Part shown: positions 16,119 through 24,059 of the stretch, piece after piece
Position numbering within the stretch: position 1 is the first letter of the stretch
How the letters are laid out: every line of letters begins with the position of its first letter
NCBI GenBank assembly: GCA_966211765.1
Contig: CBIHOV010000011.1
Coordinates: 109,444-173,443, forward strand
Length of the DNA stretch: 64,000 nt
Direction of reading: 5' to 3'
From: an uncultured Paraflavitalea sp.
GTDB lineage: Bacteria; Bacteroidota; Bacteroidia; Chitinophagales; Chitinophagaceae
Position numbers and translations under genes: made by a program
The notes under the pieces: generated by a model
The model's database searches: none
Told to the model about the DNA's origin: nothing
Seen by the model: only the letters and a program-made list of their open reading frames with translations

Positions 16119-18596
16119 ATGATAGTAGTGGTGTTACTCACCGTAATGCTACAGCAGACTACAAAACCCAGGCACGTCGAAGGGCAAACCTTCTGTCTGC
16201 ATACTGATGCGCAAGGCTGTATTTTAGCTGCTTCAACAGGCATTATGTTGGAACCACTGGTCGGTCCTTTTATCGAAAAGTCTGTGTCACCATCATTAGA
16301 AATATTCTCTCCTTTTGCCAATATGCCTGCCATGGTCCGCATCTCCAATGAGCAGCATCACCTCCTTTATGTAAACAAAAGCTGGAGCCAATACACAGGG
16401 CTTTCCCTGGATGAACTGTTGACCGAAGGCTGGCCCGCCATCCTTCATCCCAATGATCTGCCCGAAACCGCAGAAAAATATGAAGAGCAATTAAAGCAGC
16501 AGCTACCCTTCACAGTGGAATACCGGCTGAAGAATAATGAGACCGGCAACCATCGTTGGGTAAGAGATACGGGCATTCCCCGGTTTACAACACAAGGTCT
16601 CTTTGAAGGATTTATTCTTACTACCACTGATATACATGAACACAAGTTGGACAGTGAAGAAAAATTCATGAAGGCGCAAGCCATCAACAATGTGTCCGAT
16701 GTGATCATTTCCACCGACCTCCAATTCAGGGTCACTGTTTTTAACAAGGCAGCCGAAACCCTGTATGGAATAGAAGCTTCCCGTATTCTCGGTCGGCCTA
16801 TCCGTGATTATATAGATCATAAATATCCCGAATGTACCCGTGAAGAGGCTTTACAGGAACTCTACCTCAAAGATTCCTGGAAAGGGCTGACTTATTATGA
16901 ACGGGCCGATGGAAAACGCACCTATATGCACTGCTCCCTTGTATTTATAAAGGACCAGGAAGGCAGGCGCATTGGTATTGCAGGTATTCACAGGGATATC
17001 ACTTCCTTACGGGAAGCAGAAGCCGACCGCTTAAGACAGGAACAGTTACTCCTGTTGGAAAAACAGGTACTTGAAATGAATGCCCTGCCGGGCATCTCCC
17101 TAAAAACCATTACAGACTATTTTCTCGAAGGGATCGAAACCTTTTTTCCAGGAATGCTTTGTTCCGTATTAACGGTAGATTCCGAAGACGGTGGTCTGAC
17201 GCATCTTTCTGCCCCAAGCATATCGGCTGAATATACCAGCATGATTCGCAGCATCAAGCCTGGACCGGCAGTAGGCTCTTGCGGCACTGCCATTTACCGT
17301 AAGGAACGCGTCATCACAACAGATATTTACCTCGACCCTCTGTGGGAAGATTATCGGTACCTGGCAGATAGGTTTGATCTGAAGGCCTGTTGGTCATTAC
17401 CTATACTCAATAGTGGTGGGGAAGTATTGGCCACCATCGCTGCCTATCACAAGGTTCCCAAATCACCTACCCAGGCAGAATTGACCGTATTGGAGCGCGT
17501 GAGCAATTTGCTGCGTGTCATCATAGAGAACAAAAATGCAGAAGCGCGCATCAGGGCAAGTCACGAAAGATACCTCCTCGTTACCCGCGTTACCAACGAT
17601 GTGGTATGGGATTGGGACATATTGAATAATGACAATATGCATTGGGGCGATGGCTTTTATACCCTTTTCGGTTACCGCCCAGCTTATATTCGAAAATCGA
17701 GTGGTTTCTGGGAGTCCTGCATTCATCCGGACGACCGCGACCGGGTCTTAAAAAGGCTCGATCAGTTCATCTCCGGCAACAAATCAAGAACCTGGGAAGA
17801 TGAATATCGCTTTAAAAAGGCAAATGGAGAATATGCACTCGTGCATGACCGTGGGTTTCTTATATTTGATCACGAAGGGAAAATAAACCGCATGGTGGGC
17901 TCTATGCAGGATGTAACCGAAAAAAAGGAACTGGAAAGGCAATTGTTGAAGCAAGAGCTGGACAAGCAAAAACTGGTAGCCCAGGCCGTTGTCAATGCCC
18001 AGGAAAAAGAAAGAGCTGATATTGGTAAGGATCTGCATGATAATGTGAACCAGATCCTCACCACAGCAAAGCTCTACCTGGAAATGGCAAAACATGAGGA
18101 AAACGAGAGTACGACATTGATCAACCGTTGTTCTGATAACATTGCCGATGCCATTAACGAGATACGGAGTATTTCAAGATCATTGGTGCCGGCCAGTATT
18201 GGTGACCTCGGACTGGTAGTGTCGATACAAGACCTGGTCGAAAATGTCAATGCCACCAGACAGTTGGAAATGGAATTTCGCCACCAGGGCGATGTGGATG
18301 CAACGATCGATGAGAAAAGGAAGCTCATGCTTTTTCGGATCATCCAGGAACAAGTGAACAATGTGTTGAAACATGCCGGTGCAGTCAGGGCATTTATCGG
18401 ACTTACGGTAGACCCCGGGGTCATTAACCTTACCATTCAGGACAATGGAAAAGGTTTTGAACCCGAAAAAGTGAAAGCGAAAAAAGGAGTAGGGCTATCA
18501 AACATCGCCAGTCGCGTGCAACTGTTCAACGGAACTATCAACATAACTACAGCTCCCGGAAAGGGTTGTACACTCAATATCAATGTACCGCTATAA
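16119..18596 (+). CDS. multi-PAS/GAF sensor histidine kinase (HisKA_3 / NarX-type core), apparently cytoplasmic
   Basis: 825 aa with several PAS-like blocks (e.g. W..ILHPND, W.SCIHPDD) and a GAF-like middle. The H-box is DLHDNVNQILT. The ATPase shows N, G1 and G2 motifs (QVNNVLKHA, DNGKGF, GVGLSNI). I saw no clear TM helix, and the exact start is uncertain. Confidence 0.85.
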   Translation: MIVVVLLTVMLQQTTKPRHVEGQTFCLHTDAQGCILAASTGIMLEPLVGPFIEKSVSPSLEIFSPFANMPAMVRISNEQHHLLYVNKSWSQYTGLSLDELLTEGWPAILHPNDLPETAEKYEEQLKQQLPFTVEYRLKNNETGNHRWVRDTGIPRFTTQGLFEGFILTTTDIHEHKLDSEEKFMKAQAINNVSDVIISTDLQFRVTVFNKAAETLYGIEASRILGRPIRDYIDHKYPECTREEALQELYLKDSWKGLTYYERADGKRTYMHCSLVFIKDQEGRRIGIAGIHRDITSLREAEADRLRQEQLLLLEKQVLEMNALPGISLKTITDYFLEGIETFFPGMLCSVLTVDSEDGGLTHLSAPSISAEYTSMIRSIKPGPAVGSCGTAIYRKERVITTDIYLDPLWEDYRYLADRFDLKACWSLPILNSGGEVLATIAAYHKVPKSPTQAELTVLERVSNLLRVIIENKNAEARIRASHERYLLVTRVTNDVVWDWDILNNDNMHWGDGFYTLFGYRPAYIRKSSGFWESCIHPDDRDRVLKRLDQFISGNKSRTWEDEYRFKKANGEYALVHDRGFLIFDHEGKINRMVGSMQDVTEKKELERQLLKQELDKQKLVAQAVVNAQEKERADIGKDLHDNVNQILTTAKLYLEMAKHEENESTTLINRCSDNIADAINEIRSISRSLVPASIGDLGLVVSIQDLVENVNATRQLEMEFRHQGDVDATIDEKRKLMLFRIIQEQVNNVLKHAGAVRAFIGLTVDPGVINLTIQDNGKGFEPEKVKAKKGVGLSNIASRVQLFNGTINITTAPGKGCTLNINVPL

Positions 18597-18616
18597 AAAG
18601 CAAAACACCTTAACTT

Positions 18617-19258
18617 ATGGAAAAGATCAGTGTACTTATCGCAGACGATCACAAATTAATCAGGGAAACCTGGAGTTATATTCTAAATAATGACCCCCGT
18701 TTTATGGTTGTTGCAGAATGCGGTGATTCTGAAGAAGCAGTGGAACACGCCAAAAATAAAAAGCCGCAGATCGTACTCATGGATATCAACATTTCCCCTA
18801 TTTCGGGTTTTGAAGCTACCGAGAAGATCAGAAAGCTGTCACCTGGGTCAAAAGTAATTGGCATATCGATGCACTCGCAGCCCGCTTACGCCAAAAAAAT
18901 GCTGCAGATAGGAGCCAGGGGGTATGTGACCAAAAACTCTTCCAAAGACGAAATGATCGAAGCGATCCTCTCCGTGCACAGCGGCAACAAATACATTTGT
19001 GATGAGATCAAGAACAATATCTCCGAACTCGTTCTTGATGAAAAACAGGAAATGCCCAATGTGAATGCCCTCACCGGGCGCGAGATCGAGATCATTAACC
19101 TTATCAAAGAAGGGCAGTCATCCAAAGAAATTGCCACCATACTCAAGATATCCCTCAAAACCGTAGAAGTTCACCGCCACAACATCCTCAAAAAACTCAA
19201 ATTAAAGAACGCCGCCTCCTTAGTCAACTATATCAATAACCTCGCTACCAGCCTGTAA
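18617..19258 (+). CDS. response regulator, NarL/LuxR family
   Basis: 213 aa. Receiver domain (IADDH..., LMDINI) plus a LuxR HTH (LTGREIEIINLIKEGQSSKEIATILKISLKTVEVHRHNILKKL). It lies 20 nt after the kinase gene. Confidence 0.92.
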   Translation: MEKISVLIADDHKLIRETWSYILNNDPRFMVVAECGDSEEAVEHAKNKKPQIVLMDINISPISGFEATEKIRKLSPGSKVIGISMHSQPAYAKKMLQIGARGYVTKNSSKDEMIEAILSVHSGNKYICDEIKNNISELVLDEKQEMPNVNALTGREIEIINLIKEGQSSKEIATILKISLKTVEVHRHNILKKLKLKNAASLVNYINNLATSL

Positions 19259-19548
19259 ACGCCCCATTTCCACAGCGTTAGGTAAGTCAGATTGTCGTAA
19301 ACCGGCTGACACCTAAGAGTATACCCGTAAGTAAAACTGAAAAAATTCCATAGGGCATTGAAAAACAATGCCCCACTTAGCGATGCATTGATAAAAATCA
19401 AACATCTTGCACCCGAAATCCAATGCCTGTCATGACCCAGGCCCTAAACCCTGAGCAAATCCGAATCCTATGTAAAAAAAGCTAATCTATTGGTTTTGAG
19501 CCGTCATCACCTAATTAGCAACAGATCCAATCCTTTTGAAAAGAACCA

Positions 19549-19584
19549 CCCCCAAGTTCCTATGAAAACTGGGGGCTTTTTTTT
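19549..19584 (+). terminator. intrinsic terminator about 290 nt downstream of the response regulator
   Basis: CCCCCAAGTT (19549-19558) pairs with AACTGGGGG (19567-19575), 9 bp with a 1-nt bulge, followed by C and T8 (19577-19584). Confidence 0.75.
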
Positions 19585-19585
19585 G

Positions 19586-19730
19586 CCCGCCCTGGTTCCT
19601 GTCTCCACGGGCCAGTATCCACCTCACGAACCTTCATCTTATCTTCTCTTTTCCCGCTGCCTTACGATCGCAGCTTGCTTCCCCTGGTTGCCTATATGCC
19701 TTATTGCCCTGTTGCCTTCCCTCCCTCCGA
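19586..19730 (+). repeat. R2 element copy P2 (phased 8-nt GCCT array, partly duplicated)
   Basis: Contains CCCTGGTTCCTGTCTCCAC, then CCACCTCACGAACC, then TTGCCTATATGCCTTATTGCCCTGTTGCCTTCCCTCCCTCC. GCCT/GCCC words start at 19690, 19698, 19706 and 19714. The segments align with the copy at 23068-23140. Confidence 0.6.
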
Positions 19731-19797
19731 AATGTTAATGTTGCACCACTATGTTACCCCAATAAGAATGCGCCTACCAAAAACCAGAAACTATTCC

Positions 19798-19805
19798 TAC
19801 CTTTG
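19798..19805 (+). promoter_or_regulatory. -7 promoter box for purF
   Basis: TACCTTTG (TAnnTTTG), 23 nt before the purF ATG. Confidence 0.45.
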
Positions 19806-19828
19806 CGCCTCTTAACCAGGAGTAATCC

Positions 19829-21676
19829 ATGAGTGATGAAATAAAACATGAATGCGGATTGGCATTCATACGTTTACGCAAGCCGTTCTCCTATTATCAA
19901 CAGCAATACGGTACAGTGATGTGGGGCCTTAATAAGCTGTACCTCCTCATGGAAAAACAGCACAACCGGGGCCAGGATGGAGCCGGTGTAGCCGCTGTTA
20001 AACTCAATGTGGAGCCAGGTTACCCCTTCTTGAACCGCATCCGCAGCAATGCCAACCAACCCATTGCCGACATTTTTACCAAGATCAATAATGAGGTAAA
20101 GGAGCTGGAGCAATTTCAATCCGATCTCTTGAAACATCCCGGCCTCATGAAAGGCCATATTTCTTTTATCGGGGAATTACTCCTGGGGCACCTCCGCTAT
20201 GGCACCCAGGGTAAGAACAATGTTGAGTTCTGCCACCCTTTTATCAAGCGCAATACCATCCCCGCACGCAATCTTGCTCTGGCGGGTAATTTCAACCTGG
20301 TGAATACCGATGAGCTATTTGCCCTCATCAATGTAGAACCCGGTGATTTCCAGAAACAGAGCGACCTGGCAGCCATGATGGAGGTGATCCACCATTTCGC
20401 CGTAAAGGCCGATGAAGAGTCCCCCGGCAGCCTGGATGTCCTCAGTGTATTACGCAAAGCCGTTCCGCTGTTCGATGGAGGTTTCACCGTAGGTGGTCTC
20501 ATCGGCAACGGAGACTCTTTTGTCTTCAGGGATGCCAATGGGATCCGTCCCGCCTATTATTATGTGGATGAAGATGTGGTAGTGGCAGCTTCTGAGCGTT
20601 CTGCTATTCGCACCGTATTTAATGTAGGTGAAAATGAAGTACAGGAACTCATGCCCGGCATGGGATTGATCGTTAAATCCGACGGCAGTATTGTCGTAGA
20701 TAAGATACTGGAACCCAAAGAACGCCGTGCTTGTAGCTTTGAACGCATCTATTTCTCCCGTGGTAGCGACGAAAAGATCTACCGCGAAAGAAATGCCCTG
20801 GGCTACAACCTCAGCGACCAGATCCTCACTTCTATCAACCACGACCTTAAGCATACCATTTTCTCATTTATACCCAATACCGCCGAAGTAGCATTTTACG
20901 GATTGCAAAAAGGCCTCGATGATTACCTCAAAAGAGTAAAGATCGAGCGTATATTATCCTGGGGCAAAGACATTACCGAAGAGAAGTTATCGGAAATGAT
21001 CAACCGGAAGATCCGGGTAGAGAAGGTTGCCATCAAAGATGTGAAAATGCGCACTTTCATCACTGCCGATACCAGCCGTAATGAAATGGTGCAGCACGTA
21101 TACGATATCACTTACGGAACTGTAGAAAAAGGAAAAGATACACTCGTTGTTATTGACGATTCTATTGTGCGGGGTACTACCCTCAAAGAAAGTATCGTAA
21201 GGATGTTGGCCAGGCTCGAACCCAAAAAGATCATCGTCGTTTCCTCTGCTCCCCAGATACGTTATCCCGACTGCTATGGTATCGACATGAGTAAATTGGG
21301 TGACTTCATTGCCTTCAAAGCGGCAATTGAACTGATGAAGGAGAAAGGCAAGGAAGATTGCCTGCAGGAAATATATGATAAGTGTAAAGAACTGCAGCGC
21401 CTCGATCAGTTGCATACTGAAAACCTCGTGCGCCTGGTTTACAAACCATTTACTCCGGAAGAAATTTCAGATAAGATAGCTCAGCTCATTACCCCCAAAG
21501 GTCTTACCATTCCGGTACAGGTAATATTTCAAACCATTGAATCCCTGCACCGCGCCTGCCCTACCAATACAGGCGATTGGTATTTCACAGGAAACTATCC
21601 TACACCTGGCGGTAATAAAGTGGTCAACAAGGCTTTCATCAACTATATGGAAGGAAAGAATGTAAGGGGATATTAA
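19829..21676 (+). CDS. purF: amidophosphoribosyltransferase (long form)
   Basis: 615 aa. N-terminal Ntn-type catalytic Cys context MSDEIKHECGL and PRPP-binding loop LVVIDDSIVRGTT. Confidence 0.9.
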   Translation: MSDEIKHECGLAFIRLRKPFSYYQQQYGTVMWGLNKLYLLMEKQHNRGQDGAGVAAVKLNVEPGYPFLNRIRSNANQPIADIFTKINNEVKELEQFQSDLLKHPGLMKGHISFIGELLLGHLRYGTQGKNNVEFCHPFIKRNTIPARNLALAGNFNLVNTDELFALINVEPGDFQKQSDLAAMMEVIHHFAVKADEESPGSLDVLSVLRKAVPLFDGGFTVGGLIGNGDSFVFRDANGIRPAYYYVDEDVVVAASERSAIRTVFNVGENEVQELMPGMGLIVKSDGSIVVDKILEPKERRACSFERIYFSRGSDEKIYRERNALGYNLSDQILTSINHDLKHTIFSFIPNTAEVAFYGLQKGLDDYLKRVKIERILSWGKDITEEKLSEMINRKIRVEKVAIKDVKMRTFITADTSRNEMVQHVYDITYGTVEKGKDTLVVIDDSIVRGTTLKESIVRMLARLEPKKIIVVSSAPQIRYPDCYGIDMSKLGDFIAFKAAIELMKEKGKEDCLQEIYDKCKELQRLDQLHTENLVRLVYKPFTPEEISDKIAQLITPKGLTIPVQVIFQTIESLHRACPTNTGDWYFTGNYPTPGGNKVVNKAFINYMEGKNVRGY

Positions 21677-21690
21677 CATCCCCTTTTTTT
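21666..21690 (+). terminator. purF terminator
   Basis: GGGGAT-ATTAAC-ATCCCC overlaps the TAA stop and is followed by T7. Confidence 0.75.
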
Positions 21691-21756
21691 CAGACCGAAC
21701 TTGGGGAAGCTAGTGATCACCCACTATTCTCTATTCCTGCTGACTTGTCTTTACGA

Positions 21757-21819
21757 CACTCCCTCTTGTTGTCATTTCGAACGCAGCGCGGAGTGAGAAA
21801 TCTACTATCGAAGCAATCG
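21757..21819 (+). repeat. R1 dispersed repeat, copy B
   Basis: The sequence is CACTCCCTCTTGTTGTCATTTCGAACGCAGCGCGGAGTGAGAAATCTACTATCGAAGCAATCG. Internal pairing CACTCC (21757-21762) with GGAGTG (21790-21795) sits at the same relative position as TCCTCC/GGAGGA in copy A. Confidence 0.7.
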
Positions 21820-21868
21820 CTTTCATTACGAACATTTCTGTAAAACCAGTTTCCTCGCTTTCTCTAAA

Positions 21869-21876
21869 TACATTTG
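21869..21876 (+). promoter_or_regulatory. -7 box of a candidate small transcript
   Basis: TACATTTG (TAnnTTTG) in AT-rich DNA, about 105 nt upstream of the orphan terminator at 21980. Confidence 0.3.
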
Positions 21877-21979
21877 AACAAAAAAAATATTTTCAAATTC
21901 CATTTAGTACCAAATCCCCGTTTAGTTGTTATAATACTAAAAGGATAAGGTTTAATGGTTAACGTATTTGATTAGTGTC

Positions 21980-22007
21980 GCCCTGCTTTTCTAAGCGGGG
22001 CTTTTTT
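21980..22007 (+). terminator. orphan intrinsic terminator
   Basis: GCCCTGC-TTTTCTAA-GCGGGGC gives 7 bp including one G-U, followed by T6. No CDS lies between the purF terminator and this site. Confidence 0.65.
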
Positions 22008-22386
22008 ATGCCCGAATCCGGTCAAATAACAACAGACCATAAACGTAAATGCTTTCGCACACGATGGAAAAGCAAACTATCCCATTGCAATTCGGCTGCA
22101 CAATCCACCCAGCGATACAGGCATTTCCGGGGAAAATACATCCTTGGCTTATTTTTAATCCGGATTTCATCAGCGCCCTGCGAAATGAATTGATAAAGTC
22201 AGAAAAAAATCATAATATCATATACCAGATTGTGGCATGAGTTTTATTCTGTAGAAGAAGGCAGTCAACATGGTAAGGCCTGGCATTAGTAGCACCCGCA
22301 GTAAAGAAAAAGATAGTAATCACTATTTTCTCAGGTTTGGTGTGCTTATGCTTACCTCAATTATACCATTGTAAAAAGAAAGTCTT

Positions 22387-23022
22387 ATGAGCAGAATTTC
22401 AATCATGATTGTTGACGATCATACGCTTATCCGTGAAACCTGGTCATTTCTCCTGGGGCGTAACGAAGGTTTTGAAGTAATTGCCGAAGTAGGCGATGGA
22501 CAGCAGGCCATAGAAATTGCACGCGACAAACGGCCCAACATCATCCTGTTAGACATCAACATGGCTCCCCTTAATGGTTTTGATATCCTCAAAATGATCA
22601 GGAAGCTCTCTCCCGGCTCCAAAGTGATTGCCGTATCTATGCATTCCCAACCTTCTTACGCCAAGAAAATGCTACGTCTGGGTGCCCGTGGTTATGTTAC
22701 CAAAAACTCCCCCCGCCAGGAAATGCTGGACGCTATTAAGGAAGTCTATAATGGCCATATATACATTTGCCAGGAGGTAAAGAACATTATTTCTGTACAA
22801 ATGCTGGGGGAAGATGAGAATGTTCCGGGCCTTAACCAGCTCTCGGAAAGAGAAATAGAGGTCATCAACCTGATCAGGGAAGGACTATCCTCCAAAGAAA
22901 TTGCGTCCAAACTCAATATCGCCATCAAAACAGTAGAAGTGCACCGCCATAATATCCTCAAAAAGCTTAAAGTAAAAAATACAGCATCCCTCATAAACTA
23001 CATCAATGCTAGCGGACTCTAG
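22387..23022 (+). CDS. orphan response regulator, NarL/LuxR family (paralog of 18617-19258)
   Basis: 211 aa, colinear with the first regulator (e.g. KIRKLSPGSKVIGISMHSQPAYAKKMLQIGARGYVTKNS versus MIRKLSPGSKVIAVSMHSQPSYAKKMLRLGARGYVTKNS). There is no adjacent kinase gene. Confidence 0.92.
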   Translation: MSRISIMIVDDHTLIRETWSFLLGRNEGFEVIAEVGDGQQAIEIARDKRPNIILLDINMAPLNGFDILKMIRKLSPGSKVIAVSMHSQPSYAKKMLRLGARGYVTKNSPRQEMLDAIKEVYNGHIYICQEVKNIISVQMLGEDENVPGLNQLSEREIEVINLIREGLSSKEIASKLNIAIKTVEVHRHNILKKLKVKNTASLINYINASGL

Positions 23023-23067
23023 CCGCCAGGCTCACACATGCCCTCAAGAGCCACCATTCGCCGACCT

Positions 23068-23140
23068 GTCGCCCCCACGAACCATATCTCTCGTTGCCTC
23101 TATGCCTTGCTGCCTCCCTGGCTTTCCTGTCTACCTGCCA
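23068..23140 (+). repeat. R2 element copy P3 (phased 8-nt GCCT array)
   Basis: The sequence is GTCGCCCCCACGAACCATATCTCTCGTTGCCTCTATGCCTTGCTGCCTCCCTGGCTTTCCTGTCTACCTGCC. GCCT words start at 23096, 23104 and 23112, after which the phase degenerates. Confidence 0.6.
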
Positions 23141-23319
23141 AATCAACGAAAAAACAAAAAATATTTCGGCAAATCGCCGTATTGAACCAAAAATACCCAG
23201 TTCTGGCAAAGATTTTGCTAATAATTACGTGCCGACCGTTTAGCTTCCTATGGGGAACCACCACTAAAACAGGCCTGTTTAATATTGTCTGATTCCTTTG
23301 ATTGAAACTTATTAAGTAC

Positions 23320-23350
23320 TTTAAGGGGGAGTTTTCCCCCTTAAATTTTT
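23320..23350 (+). terminator. strong hairpin plus T-run abutting the sixA-like start codon
   Basis: TTTAAGGGGG-AGTTTT-CCCCCTTAAA forms a perfect 10-bp stem followed by TTTTT. The ATG at 23353 follows 2 nt later. Confidence 0.7.
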
Positions 23351-23352
23351 CT

Positions 23353-23850
23353 ATGAAGCACATTCTTCTAATCCGCCATGCTAAAAGCAGCTGGGGCGAT
23401 CCTTCCCTGTCCGATTTTGATCGTCCGCTCAATGAACGCGGAAAACAAGATAGCCCTCAAATGGCGCAGCGCCTCCTGGCCCGGTCCATAGCGATTGATG
23501 CATTCCTCTCCAGTCCCGCAAAACGCGCCCGAAAAACAGCTGCTCTCTTCGCTGCAGAATATAATTACGACAAGGAAAAGATCATTCTTATCCCTGAGCT
23601 ATACCATGCTTCTCCCGACAATTTTCTGGAAGCCATTATCCAGGCGCCCAACGATGCCAACACCATCGCTATTTTTTCACACAATCCCGGTATCACCGAA
23701 TTTGTAAACACACTCACAGAAGTAAGGGTTGATGACATGCCCACATGTGCTATCTTTGGCGTGCAGGTATCCACTCAAAACTGGGCACACTTTAAAGACG
23801 CACCTAAAACCTTTTGGTTTTTTGATTATCCCAAATCTTTATCAGTATAA
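23353..23850 (+). CDS. SixA-type histidine phosphatase family protein
   Basis: MKHILLIRHAKSSW...DFDRPLNERG carries the RHA/RHG catalytic motif of the histidine phosphatase superfamily and is of short SixA-like length. I prefer this start over the track start at 23302. Confidence 0.75.
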   Translation: MKHILLIRHAKSSWGDPSLSDFDRPLNERGKQDSPQMAQRLLARSIAIDAFLSSPAKRARKTAALFAAEYNYDKEKIILIPELYHASPDNFLEAIIQAPNDANTIAIFSHNPGITEFVNTLTEVRVDDMPTCAIFGVQVSTQNWAHFKDAPKTFWFFDYPKSLSV

Positions 23851-24059
23851 CCCCGGCAGCAGTCATCGTTCCTCATGGCACGATTTTTACTGGTATAAGG
23901 TGGATAGGCATACTGCCCTTTGGTTGCCTGCCCCGATTCGCACCCCTTTAAAACCCGGTTCACCAGCTTACCACCACACCTATTCAATTTTCCTTTGAAG
24001 GCTATACATCCAATCTGAGCCTCTGATACCACTATTTACTTACTGGTAAAATCTTGTCT

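Noticed and set aside
19490-19738. An 82-aa ORF in the RR1-purF spacer.
   Set aside because: It spans the T8 terminator and the R2 octamer array. Its Leu/Pro/Cys-rich sequence is the repeat translated, not a protein.
19585-19828. A possible purine or ZTP riboswitch upstream of purF (the sequence GCCCGCCCTGG vaguely recalls the ZTP pseudoknot CCGCCTGGGC).
   Set aside because: The match is inexact and there is no upstream GGGTCGTGA-type sub-domain. The best -7 box (19798) would also place this region outside the transcript.
22049-22240. A 63-aa ORF (MLSHTMEKQTIPLQFGCTIHPAIQAFPGKIHPW...) upstream of the orphan regulator, possibly a remnant of a lost sensor kinase.
   Set aside because: It has no recognisable domain or motif, and a competing overlapping ORF lies in another frame (21975-22193), with no terminator or promoter signal of its own. 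I cannot support it as a gene or as a pseudogene from sequence alone.
23302-23352. N-terminal extension of the SixA-like ORF (MKLIKYFKGEFSPLNFS).
   Set aside because: It is a non-ATG start and the extension is the translated 10-bp hairpin. The family-typical N-terminus MKHILLIRHAKS begins at 23353.
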